Part shown: positions 19,175-27,183 of the stretch, in pieces | Numbering within the stretch: position 1 is the stretch's first letter | Layout of the letters: each line of letters begins with the position of its first letter | From: a virus | Lineage: Duplodnaviria; Caudoviricetes | Strand: one strand, 5' to 3' | DNA: 34,140 bases | Virus record (IMG/VR): IMGVR_UViG_3300021091_002721 | Coordinates: 1-34,140 of that record | Notes under the pieces: generated by a model | What the model saw: the letters and a program-made list of their open reading frames with translations, nothing else | Told to the model about the DNA's origin: nothing | Database searches by the model: none | Made by a program: the position numbers and the translations under genes

Positions 19175-19594
19175 TTATTTGATTTTGATTGTTTTTGGTT
19201 TCTTTTCTTCGGGAATGTTTCGTTCCACAAAGATGTCAAGAATACCATCTGCCATTTCAGCACGATCTACCTCCATATACTCTCCAAGAGCAAAGGTGCG
19301 TGTGAATTTTCTGGTTGCGATACCCTTATGTAGAACCTCATTTGAGGACTCTTCGGTTTTCTCACCCTTTACCACCAAACTTCCATTATCCACAGAAACC
19401 TCTACCTCATCCTTGCTGAATCCAGCAATTGCTAAAGATAGTTTGTAAGTATCCTCATCAAGTTTTACCAAATCATACGGTGGGTAGGATTGACGAGTTG
19501 CCTCACGATGGATATTTGAAAGACGGTCCAACTCTCTGTTGAAACCAATAAAAAAAGGATCCTTAAAAAGATCCAATGACCATGAACTTACCAT
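19175..19594 (-). CDS. hsp20: small heat-shock protein Hsp20 (IbpA-like)
   Basis: SYPPYDL, LAIAGF, LHKGIATRKFTRTF, ADGIL..IPEEKKP. Confidence 0.95.
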   Translation of the reverse strand: MVSSWSLDLFKDPFFIGFNRELDRLSNIHREATRQSYPPYDLVKLDEDTYKLSLAIAGFSKDEVEVSVDNGSLVVKGEKTEESSNEVLHKGIATRKFTRTFALGEYMEVDRAEMADGILDIFVERNIPEEKKPKTIKIK

Positions 19595-19599
19595 TTTTC

Positions 19600-19615
19600 C
19601 TCCTTGTTAAGCGAG
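19600..19615 (-). promoter_or_regulatory. ROSE-like RNA thermometer hairpin sequestering the hsp20 SD
   Basis: CUC-G-CUU AAC AAG-GAG: UCGCU with bulged G opposite AAGGAG. Confidence 0.6.
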
Positions 19616-19656
19616 TCATGTTGTACCCCCCTTTGAGCAGGTACATTAATATTATA

Positions 19657-20238
19657 TCATAAACTTCCAGTAAAGTCTATATTAATAACACATCTAAAAT
19701 CACTGTTTATTGGGTTAGATGAAGCATGATATGTTAAGCCATCAAAAACTACAGCCTTTCCAGATTCTGGAGATATGCTTGTCATAATACTTAAATCATT
19801 AATTTTAGAACCATTATATTTTTCATTAAAAAAAATCGTATCTCCATCTGAATCGTTTACATAATATAAAAAAACTAAATGATCTTTGTCCGCATCAACG
19901 TGTGGATAATGTATTCCTTTGTTGCCATTTTTTAATATCATATTTGCTTTAATTCTAACTATATCTTTTACGGTTATATTATTTTTAACAGCAAATTTAT
20001 TTAATATAGATATACAATTATCTGCAAATGGTGATTTTTTTTGTTTATTAAACATTGCCATATGAACAAACTGTAGACTATCCACTACATCATTTCTATC
20101 AATTATTGCATAACTATCTGTTTTTATATTTGTAGATTTATTAAATATCCAAGGAAAATTCCATTTTGGTTCTTCATACATAACATTTTGTAAGTATTTA
20201 ATTTCTTCAATTGATAAAAACTCTTTATCTATAATCAT
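19657..20238 (-). CDS. 2OG-Fe(II) oxygenase-like protein
   Basis: PHVD...LYYVNDSDGDT...FDG..YH...R.VIN; ATG 20238 preferred to avoid overlap with divergent gene. Confidence 0.75.
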   Translation of the reverse strand: MIIDKEFLSIEEIKYLQNVMYEEPKWNFPWIFNKSTNIKTDSYAIIDRNDVVDSLQFVHMAMFNKQKKSPFADNCISILNKFAVKNNITVKDIVRIKANMILKNGNKGIHYPHVDADKDHLVFLYYVNDSDGDTIFFNEKYNGSKINDLSIMTSISPESGKAVVFDGLTYHASSNPINSDFRCVINIDFTGSL

Positions 20239-20272
20239 TAAATCATTGTACCACATAGTGTATAATTTATAT

Positions 20273-21028
20273 ATGACATACGGAAAATTATTTTTAGTTG
20301 GATTGCCAATAGGTAATTGGGAAGACATGTCTGTTAGATCATATCAATATATTAAAAATGCAAAAAATATAGTTATTGAAAGAGAAGAAGCATTTGAAAA
20401 AATTTGGCCACGGTTAGGTCTTGAAAAGCCAAATGTAAATACTATATCAATAGAGTATGATTCTGATGGAGGAGAACCAGGGGAAGCATATGAATTACAT
20501 AATATGGAAAAAATATTACAATTATTAAAAAATGGAGAGGATGTATATTTAATTTCTGATGAAGGAATGCCAGGTGTGGCTGATCCAGGGGCTAGGATTG
20601 TAAAAAGATGTATATCAGAAGGTATTGATGTTACGTCTACACCAGGACCATCTGTTGTGATGGCAGCAGTTGCAGTCACAGGTACTATGCACAACTTTAT
20701 ATTTGAATCTTTTTTACCTTTTGTCAAAGATGAAAGGTTGTTGTTCTTAGAAGAAAGAAAAGATTATAGATACCCAATGGTTTTGATGCTAAGAAATGCA
20801 AAACGTGGTCAAGAGTTTCATGATGAAATACCAAACTTTTTAGAAGAGGCAATTATTGTTTTAGGAAAAACAAGAAGGGCTGCACTTTGTTACAATTTAA
20901 CAATGAAAAATGAAAAAGTAATTCATAACACTTTAGAAGGTTTAAAATTATATTTTAATAATGAACAAAGAAACATATTAGATCAGATATGTATTGTTAT
21001 AGACGGAAAACATAATACTATGATTTAA
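20273..21028 (+). CDS. rsmI: RsmI-like methyltransferase, copy 2
   Basis: GKLFLVGLPIGNWED, ISDEGMPGVADPG, PGPSVVMAA, FIFESFLP. Confidence 0.75.
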   Translation: MTYGKLFLVGLPIGNWEDMSVRSYQYIKNAKNIVIEREEAFEKIWPRLGLEKPNVNTISIEYDSDGGEPGEAYELHNMEKILQLLKNGEDVYLISDEGMPGVADPGARIVKRCISEGIDVTSTPGPSVVMAAVAVTGTMHNFIFESFLPFVKDERLLFLEERKDYRYPMVLMLRNAKRGQEFHDEIPNFLEEAIIVLGKTRRAALCYNLTMKNEKVIHNTLEGLKLYFNNEQRNILDQICIVIDGKHNTMI

Positions 21029-21246
21029 AACAGCCCAGCATGCGAACCGTCGCAAAATGGTTTGTTTTTTGATGCATTGCAAACGCATAATTTTTTTCTT
21101 TTTAAATTACTAGATTTTAAAACTATTATTTCACCAGTGTCACACACCTTAACGGTAAAATTATCATTTTCCAAAGATATAATTTCTGCAGCCTTTTTAT
21201 TATGCTGTCCTTCGTCAGTTATCATGACTATCATTCCTGGTTTCAT
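21025..21246 (-). CDS. CDGSH iron-sulfur domain protein
   Basis: LCVCNASKNKPFCDGSH. Confidence 0.85.
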   Translation of the reverse strand: MKPGMIVMITDEGQHNKKAAEIISLENDNFTVKVCDTGEIIVLKSSNLKRKKLCVCNASKNKPFCDGSHAGLF

Positions 21247-21249
21247 AAA

Positions 21250-21390
21250 CTACCTTTCATAATCGTCTTCTTCTTTATCCCAAGCATCTTCCAAGTCGTC
21301 CATTGATTGTGCTAATTTAGCAAAAGAAATTGAAATAAATGTAGCAGCAATGCCAACGGCAACAAACAATGATATAAATATTTTTTTCAT
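21250..21390 (-). CDS. small membrane protein (46 aa)
   Basis: MKKIFISLFVAVGIAATFISISF...acidic tail; ATGA overlap with speD stop. Confidence 0.55.
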   Translation of the reverse strand: MKKIFISLFVAVGIAATFISISFAKLAQSMDDLEDAWDKEEDDYER

Positions 21391-21773
21391 CTGTAATCCT
21401 TTCCTGAGACCTCTTCAACAAATCCATTTTCTCTATCAAACAAAACAAATTCTAAAGAATCAACTGTAAAAGTTTGTTTAAAAATTTGTAATACTTTTTC
21501 AAGTTCTAAACTTCCGCAGGTATAAAGATCAAACTGAACTAAAGCAGGGTCAGCCTCATCCCATATATGAAATGCTATATGGCTAGTCTCTATCATAACT
21601 ACGGCAGTTAAGCCCCTGTTACCCTTCTTGTCAACATAACTTGCAAAAGGACCTTGTACAATCTTCATATCGATTTTGTCTACAAGGTTTTTTAGAAACT
21701 CAATACCCTGTTGTTCCGTATCAATTGGATTCTTAACTTTGGCATTAACCAATAAATGTTTGTGATATATCAT
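21387..21773 (-). CDS. speD: S-adenosylmethionine decarboxylase proenzyme
   Basis: HKHLL, GLTAVVMIETSHIAFHIW (self-cleavage Ser), DLYTCG; GAGG upstream of ATG 21773. Confidence 0.85.
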   Translation of the reverse strand: MIYHKHLLVNAKVKNPIDTEQQGIEFLKNLVDKIDMKIVQGPFASYVDKKGNRGLTAVVMIETSHIAFHIWDEADPALVQFDLYTCGSLELEKVLQIFKQTFTVDSLEFVLFDRENGFVEEVSGKDYR

Positions 21774-21794
21774 TTTGTTTTCCTCATATAACAA

Positions 21795-21968
21795 TTATAG
21801 CGCATGCGCCAACACTCCTAATAAAAAGCCAATTAAAAAAGATCCAAGAGCAACAGACCAATAGTAAGTTTTTTGTAGGTGGTCACGAATAATATCTCGT
21901 ATTACATTATCAGGAATGATAAGATCAGGACCAAGGCCATCTAAATCTGAAAAACGGTATTCTTTCAT
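21795..21968 (-). CDS. small membrane protein (57 aa)
   Basis: AAGGAG RBS; C-terminal TM WSVALGSFLIGFLLGVLA. Confidence 0.6.
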   Translation of the reverse strand: MKEYRFSDLDGLGPDLIIPDNVIRDIIRDHLQKTYYWSVALGSFLIGFLLGVLAHAL

Positions 21969-22069
21969 TTATGCTCCTTCATATGTCTATTAAGTGTATC
22001 ATGGGCAAAAATACCAAATCTAACCTGAATTTCTTTTTTGCATACGGGACACACAACAAATCGATTCAT
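21965..22069 (-). CDS. tiny C2H2-type zinc-finger protein (34 aa)
   Basis: MNRFVVCPVCKKEI...LNRHMKEHK; TTGACT-17-TATAAT promoter at 22104-22076. Confidence 0.6.
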   Translation of the reverse strand: MNRFVVCPVCKKEIQVRFGIFAHDTLNRHMKEHK

Positions 22070-22118
22070 ATAACCATTATATACTTTATGATTATAAAAG
22101 TCAAGTACAATAGATTAT

Positions 22119-23039
22119 ATGGATCATGAAAAATTGTTTGGTGATGTTATTATTCATAATAGGGACATTCTTAGTCCAAAGACCATAGTAAACGCTAGAA
22201 TGCAAAATGTATTTGATAAGGATGAAGAATTAAGGCAGAAGGCCCACCCTTACGTTCCCGACAGCATTGGACGCTGGGAAGATGACTATTACTATACATA
22301 TAACGTACATACAGGGTTGTCGCAATTTAATAAAATACTGTACAAATTAAATAAACAAGGTTTTAGATCTAACAATTTTAATACTGTAAATAAAGAAAAA
22401 TTTACAGTTTTGTATAGTGGATGTTCAGTAACATTTGGACAAGACTTACCAGAAGAAATGTTATGGACAAAACTAGTAACAAAAGAATTATCTAAAAATA
22501 AAGAAGTTGAAGAATACAATTTATCTATAATGGGTGGTTCTATATTTTTAACACTTAGCAATATATGTGCCTTTATTAATACTTATGGAATGCCAAATTT
22601 AATAATTGCATTAATGCCAGACATAACAAGAACAATAACTTTTGATCCAACCACTTCAGAGTTTTTTGATTTAACTCCAAAAATGATAAATGCTAACGCT
22701 AAAGATTTTATTCATCAATTAATGCCAGAAAATTTATTATTAAATGATTTGTTAATGTTTAAATTGTTGGAGTTATTATGTAAAAATTCTGGTTCTAGAT
22801 TTTTATTTTCTTCATATGAAAAATTAACTAATGATTGTTTTGTTATGTTTGCAGACGATCTAGATTGCTGGTTTGAGTCTGGATTGATTTTTCCGAGACC
22901 ACCAGTGCTAAGTGCATTTGCTGTTAAACCAGATTACGGAGATCACGAATCCCCATATTGGGAAATAGCAGGAGATAAAAAACATCCAGGCGGTGGGTGG
23001 CACGATAAATTTGCCAAAAGAGTATTTGAGATTTTATGA
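22119..23039 (+). CDS. SGNH/GDSL-like hypothetical protein
   Basis: YKLNKQGFRS, YSGCSVTFG, NLSIMGGS, DKKHPG. Confidence 0.6.
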   Translation: MDHEKLFGDVIIHNRDILSPKTIVNARMQNVFDKDEELRQKAHPYVPDSIGRWEDDYYYTYNVHTGLSQFNKILYKLNKQGFRSNNFNTVNKEKFTVLYSGCSVTFGQDLPEEMLWTKLVTKELSKNKEVEEYNLSIMGGSIFLTLSNICAFINTYGMPNLIIALMPDITRTITFDPTTSEFFDLTPKMINANAKDFIHQLMPENLLLNDLLMFKLLELLCKNSGSRFLFSSYEKLTNDCFVMFADDLDCWFESGLIFPRPPVLSAFAVKPDYGDHESPYWEIAGDKKHPGGGWHDKFAKRVFEIL

Positions 23040-23923
23040 CTTTAGATATTACTAAAAGTATATATGATAATATAACCGCTTTTGATCATTCGCAATTTCA
23101 TATCAAAAGTGTCGGTGGCTCCATGCTCACAAGAGAGGGTTATTGGGAAAATGATTATTTTTATACTAAAAGTACTAATGCTGAAGATGTAATATATAAG
23201 ATAAATAAAGATGGATTTAGAACAGATAATTTTGAGCCTTTAGATAAGAATAACTTTAACATATTGTACAGCGGATGCTCTTTTAGTTTTGGACAGGATA
23301 TCCCACAAGAATTTAGATGGTCTGATTTTACAACAGAGTACTTTCAAAACACAACAAATGCTAAAGGCTATAACCTTTCTATTATGGGGGCTTCAATTCA
23401 TTTAATAATAAAAAATATATGTGCCTTTATCAATAGATATGGAATACCAGATGTGTTAGTAATGATGTTGCCAGACATTCACCGAAAGATGATTTACAGT
23501 ACATATAAAGATCAGTTTATACCAGCCCAACTAAACGTTGATAAAAACAGTACGATTGACTGGATGTATGAAGAGTTATTAAAATATAAAGAAAATTATA
23601 TACCGCAAGAAAATGCAATAGTTTATCTAACAATGATAGATTTATTAGAAAATATGTTTAAAGCAAATGGTTCTATATTTTTGTGGAGCACGTGGCACAT
23701 TGATTCTGAATCAGTATTTCGTAATTTTGCTGACAAGTACAGTTCTTATTTTAAAATACCCACACTTTATCCAGACTATACTAAAAAGGATTACGGCAAC
23801 AAAGAATTAAAATATTGGTTTCTCGCTGGGGACGGTCAGCATCCTGGCGGTGGTTGGAATAAAGAAGTTTCTGAAACAGTTATAGAACTAATAAACAAAC
23901 GCTTAAAGTTCGGCGGAAAATAG
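23036..23923 (+). CDS. SGNH/GDSL-like hypothetical protein, tandem paralog
   Basis: YKINKDGFRT, YSGCSFSFG, NLSIMGAS, DGQHPG. Confidence 0.6.
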   Translation: MTLDITKSIYDNITAFDHSQFHIKSVGGSMLTREGYWENDYFYTKSTNAEDVIYKINKDGFRTDNFEPLDKNNFNILYSGCSFSFGQDIPQEFRWSDFTTEYFQNTTNAKGYNLSIMGASIHLIIKNICAFINRYGIPDVLVMMLPDIHRKMIYSTYKDQFIPAQLNVDKNSTIDWMYEELLKYKENYIPQENAIVYLTMIDLLENMFKANGSIFLWSTWHIDSESVFRNFADKYSSYFKIPTLYPDYTKKDYGNKELKYWFLAGDGQHPGGGWNKEVSETVIELINKRLKFGGK

Positions 23924-23956
23924 AAATGTCAAACCATTTTATGCTAGACACTAGCA

Positions 23957-24493
23957 CTAAGGTTTAATAGTTCTACTATCCACCTTATTATAATATTCTG
24001 ATAACCTCTTATCCATAATACTCTTCAATACTATTTCTGGATACATCGATTCTTTAAATGCATCTTGATAAGGTTCTGACCACACCTCAAAAGAGATCTC
24101 TCTGCCCATAATTTCATTAAATAAAGAATCTTTGCCTGTCTTGGTTTTCCAATTTGTATCTTCAAGGGCAAAATGATCAAACAAGGCCTTGGTCAAAATA
24201 TCTAAATGTTTGAAGGATTCATAGTTAATAATGGTTTTAGCATTTTCATATATGTAATCTGAATATATCCTATATTTTTCTATAGCAGCAGAAGTTTCAC
24301 ATCCTAAGTAAATTAGATCAGCAACTGCCTCATGTGGTTTTCTACATATTCCAATGACGTGATCTACACTGTCTTCTGGCATATCTGGTCCAAAGGTATA
24401 TTTAAACGATACGTGAGGTATCTCAAATTTAATCTGTATATATTCCCCAACAGTGGATTTTGTTCCAGGTAGGGTAAGAAGATGTACTCTCAT
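23957..24493 (-). CDS. hypothetical protein (weak sulfotransferase-like layout)
   Basis: 178 aa ORF; ICRKP.EAV and INYESF segments. Confidence 0.55.
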   Translation of the reverse strand: MRVHLLTLPGTKSTVGEYIQIKFEIPHVSFKYTFGPDMPEDSVDHVIGICRKPHEAVADLIYLGCETSAAIEKYRIYSDYIYENAKTIINYESFKHLDILTKALFDHFALEDTNWKTKTGKDSLFNEIMGREISFEVWSEPYQDAFKESMYPEIVLKSIMDKRLSEYYNKVDSRTIKP

Positions 24494-24672
24494 TGAATAT
24501 CCTTTATGACTGGATCAAGCCTATCCCAATGACCACCATTGTTTCCTTGATAGACCTGTCCTGTTTCTTTATCTACAAGAAGCCATTTAGTGGGTGCTTT
24601 GGTTTTTACCATAAGTTCGACGGGATTTATAAGTTCTTCGTAATCCCTATTATCTCTATTACCCAATAGCAA
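24490..24672 (-). CDS. hypothetical phage protein
   Basis: 60 aa; TKAPTKWLLVDKETGQVYQG. Confidence 0.65.
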   Translation of the reverse strand: MLLGNRDNRDYEELINPVELMVKTKAPTKWLLVDKETGQVYQGNNGGHWDRLDPVIKDIQ

Positions 24673-24757
24673 TGCCTATTCCAGTAAACACCAATACAAT
24701 AATACCTATCAGGAATAAAAAGGTTCTAAAGTTAGCATCAGCCTTATTCTTGTTCAT
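24659..24757 (-). CDS. small membrane peptide (32 aa)
   Basis: MNKNKADANFRTFLFLIGIIVLVFTGIGIAIG fills the intergenic gap. Confidence 0.5.
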   Translation of the reverse strand: MNKNKADANFRTFLFLIGIIVLVFTGIGIAIG

Positions 24758-24759
24758 AA

Positions 24760-24885
24760 TCACCCCATATACATATATTTAAAATGTTTTTTACAGACAT
24801 CGATGATAGCGCCAGTAATTTTGTCTGGTTGAATATACTCTGCTGCGTTATCGCAATAGTAACATTTTGTTAACGTGTCTGCCAT
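24760..24885 (-). CDS. small zinc-binding protein (41 aa)
   Basis: CYYC...VCKKH; TGCTATAAT just upstream. Confidence 0.55.
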   Translation of the reverse strand: MADTLTKCYYCDNAAEYIQPDKITGAIIDVCKKHFKYMYMG

Positions 24886-24900
24886 ATTTCTATTATAGCA

Positions 24901-25056
24901 CTATGCATGAGTATACCATGATGGTGTAGGTTCGTCATCTATGGCCTCAACTATCTGTTCCGCCAATTTTTTAGATAAGGCATCCTTGTGTTTGCCTTTT
25001 ATATGGTCATATATTATTTCTACGATAATGTCTATTTTGGATTCACGAGATATCAT
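24901..25056 (-). CDS. small hypothetical protein (51 aa)
   Basis: TAATG coupling with upstream gene; MISRESKIDIIVEII... Confidence 0.55.
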   Translation of the reverse strand: MISRESKIDIIVEIIYDHIKGKHKDALSKKLAEQIVEAIDDEPTPSWYTHA

Positions 25057-25559
25057 TATTTTGTCCTTACATAAAAAAATAAAATCTTAACATAATCTCC
25101 ATCATTGAAGATTAGTTCTGGTCTATGGTGATATTGGTTACATGGACTAAAAATAATAGCACTATTATTTTCTAAGGTAAAGCAGTCCTTTTCTATGCAT
25201 ATTGGCCAATCTACGTTTGCATCTATTAGATAATCAAAAGTTAAACCCTGCTCAGTATGAATAGGATCTTTGTGTGGTGGAAGGTTAGGGTTTGTGTGTT
25301 TGTTATTATATTCACTGTAGGTTATGTTATCTAGGAATGTACCCTCATCAAAAAATGAAAGCACTCTATCACATATCTCTTTTGCTATAGGGTGTGTTTT
25401 TTCAAATACAGGAACACCATCAGTTGTTAAAACGATGTCTTCTCTACCTCGTTCTAAAGCATATTGAGTACTTACCTTATCACTGCTGTCTAAGATTAGT
25501 TGATTAATAAAATCTATCTGAGCCTGTGTAAATACGTCTTTTATCATGGCAAAGTCCAT
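25056..25559 (-). CDS. 2OG-Fe(II) oxygenase-like protein
   Basis: LPPHKD...WPI...AIIF...HHR; similar layout to 16803. Confidence 0.65.
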   Translation of the reverse strand: MDFAMIKDVFTQAQIDFINQLILDSSDKVSTQYALERGREDIVLTTDGVPVFEKTHPIAKEICDRVLSFFDEGTFLDNITYSEYNNKHTNPNLPPHKDPIHTEQGLTFDYLIDANVDWPICIEKDCFTLENNSAIIFSPCNQYHHRPELIFNDGDYVKILFFYVRTK

Positions 25560-25739
25560 TATAGCATTGCTTATTCTAAAAAATAAATCTTACTGTTATT
25601 TTATATGTGGAGTAAAGTGGAGCAAAGTGGAGAGGTATGGGTAATGGAGCGTTTTTGAGGGCGGGCTCGTAATGTCAAACCATCAAACCATATACCACAT
25701 ATCCCCCATATCCGTCAAACCATGGTATAAAGGTTTGGC

Positions 25740-25768
25740 ATTATACATCCAAAACCATGGTTTGTCAA
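25740..25768 (-). promoter_or_regulatory. consensus sigma70/SigA promoter
   Basis: TTGACA-17bp-TATAAT. Confidence 0.75.
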
Positions 25769-25884
25769 GTATCTTCGTAATCTATTTTGGATTAAAAATT
25801 GCCAAAAATCTGGGAAAATTCTAATAATATCGTAATATGTTTTAAAAAGTTTGAAAACATTTAAAAACCAGAAAATATGGTTTG

Positions 25885-26121
25885 TTATTCCTTATTAGGG
25901 GGATTATGGGAATGATCGTAATCTTTTTTATACCCGCCATTTTCGGCCCCAAAATCGCCCCCGTTAAAATCGAGCGGGGTAAATGAAAAGAACTTACTAA
26001 GACCTATCATATGAGTAAAGGCTACAAAAGAGTTATGTAAATTATCACTAAAGGTTTTATATCCTTTTGGATCTCTTTTGCTATAAGTATAAAAATGTCT
26101 TGGCATAATATAGATAATCAT
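25885..26121 (-). CDS. hypothetical protein
   Basis: 78 aa ORF inside repeat-rich region. Confidence 0.45.
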   Translation of the reverse strand: MIIYIMPRHFYTYSKRDPKGYKTFSDNLHNSFVAFTHMIGLSKFFSFTPLDFNGGDFGAENGGYKKDYDHSHNPPNKE

Positions 26122-26162
26122 AACACGAATTTATTATGGTTTGGGGAAAAAATGGTTTGTAT

Positions 26163-26205
26163 CGTAATGGTTTGTATGCCTTGAAAAATACACCGACCAC
26201 TTTTG
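26163..26205. repeat. bipartite boundary motif, copy 1
   Basis: CGTAA ... caCCGACCACTTTTG. Confidence 0.65.
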
Positions 26206-26208
26206 TGG

Positions 26209-26478
26209 CTAATTGTCAAATCGTTTTAACAATTCATCAAGTGTAGAAAATCCAGTATCTTCTGTTTTCAATGATTCTAAAAATAAATCCCAAGTTTCGT
26301 TAATATATTTTGTTACTAAGTCATTGGTTGGAATTATCTCTTGACTAATAAAAAATGCTAGAGGCAAACCCAAGTCATTGTATTCTACAAAATCAGCAAA
26401 CTCACCATCATGTTTATAATTCATCCACAGGTCAGCAAGTATATTACAACGACTAGAAAAGTCTGTATTGGTGCTCAT
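26209..26478 (-). CDS. hypothetical phage protein
   Basis: 89 aa; GAGGAG RBS. Confidence 0.7.
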   Translation of the reverse strand: MSTNTDFSSRCNILADLWMNYKHDGEFADFVEYNDLGLPLAFFISQEIIPTNDLVTKYINETWDLFLESLKTEDTGFSTLDELLKRFDN

Positions 26479-26668
26479 GTGTATAGTTCTCCTCTTTGTG
26501 ATACTGTGCGCTCTCTGCGATAGTAATAAGCCTATTATACGATACTGTTGGTGCTATTTTTGCTAAATACTCGCCTATCTGCTCAATGTCAAGGCGAAGG
26601 TCAGACACAATGGCAACAAGGCGCATGGCTACCCTCTCCTCCTCAGTAAGTCGTCTGCGTATGGACAT
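26453..26668 (-). CDS. hypothetical phage protein
   Basis: ATG 26668 with GAGGAG and own promoter. Confidence 0.65.
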   Translation of the reverse strand: MSIRRRLTEEERVAMRLVAIVSDLRLDIEQIGEYLAKIAPTVSYNRLITIAESAQYHKEENYTHEHQYRLF

Positions 26669-26678
26669 AGTTCTCCTC

Positions 26679-26707
26679 ATTATAGCAAAAAAGTGAGAGG
26701 AGCGCAA
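26679..26707 (-). promoter_or_regulatory. sigma70-type promoter
   Basis: TTGCGC-17-(TGC)TATAAT. Confidence 0.65.
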
Positions 26708-26745
26708 GGCCAACAAAGAAAGGTGGAATCTTTACCTCACGCTCC
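26699..26745 (-). other. 12-bp RNA hairpin with CCUUUCU in loop
   Basis: GGAGCGUGAGGU / GCCUUGCGCUCC stem just after stop of 26753 ORF. Confidence 0.6.
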
Positions 26746-26752
26746 AATATTA

Positions 26753-27112
26753 TTATCCTTTAACTAACTGAGAACTATGATAGTTAATATAGTCCTCTAT
26801 TGAATGCCATTGGTTTCCAGTGCCCACAGTCATATTTGTGAAATCAATAGTGATTGGATGGTCTAAGTAACCAGGGTCCGACGGATTCATGGCTGTAATG
26901 CCATAGCCAGTCTCTTCTAAGATACTATCCTGCATGATATAACTAATAGCCATTCGAGTTGCATACGGGATGTCATTCATCTGTATACGTGGCGTTGCAT
27001 GCTGCAGGGCTGCTGCCAGGAGTGTATCCATATGGTCTTCATCCCAATGACTATACAAGGCCACGGCGTGGTCCTCTGATTGTTTAAAGATAAAATTACA
27101 ACGTGCTCCCAT
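26753..27112 (-). CDS. hypothetical phage protein
   Basis: MGARCNFIF...LYSHW; AGAAAGG RBS. Confidence 0.75.
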   Translation of the reverse strand: MGARCNFIFKQSEDHAVALYSHWDEDHMDTLLAAALQHATPRIQMNDIPYATRMAISYIMQDSILEETGYGITAMNPSDPGYLDHPITIDFTNMTVGTGNQWHSIEDYINYHSSQLVKG

Positions 27113-27144
27113 TGCTAGGCCTTTCTGTAGTAGGGTTTATTCCA

Positions 27145-27173
27145 ATGATATCAAGTTCTAGGTCCAATGTCAA
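27145..27173 (-). promoter_or_regulatory. sigma70-type promoter
   Basis: TTGACA-17-(TGA)TATCAT. Confidence 0.7.
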
Positions 27174-27183
27174 CTGGATCCAT

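Larger units (their letters stand above)
25607..26175. repeat. cluster of short direct/inverted repeats (GTGGAG x3; CAAACCAT/ATGGTTTG many; TCGTAAT)
   Basis: gtggagtaaagtggagcaaagtggag; tcaaaccat at about 25675, 25683, 25715; aaaaccatggtttg 25751; atggtttg 25877, 26136, 26152, 26167. Confidence 0.7.

Noticed and set aside
19622-19645. Seventh pseudoknot copy (TGAGCAGG) upstream of hsp20
   Set aside because: Only the CUGCUC half is present; it lies in a simple UGUACC/GGUACA hairpin without the CUGAGCA loop
20246-20328. Overlapping N-termini of divergent ORFs 19657-20328 and 20246-21028
   Set aside because: Downstream ATGs (20238 and 20273) remove the overlap and follow -10 boxes
14130-22561. 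ORFs 14130, 15831, 17887, 18847, 19151, 19179, 20344, 21062, 22292
   Set aside because: Opposite-strand overlaps with recognised genes
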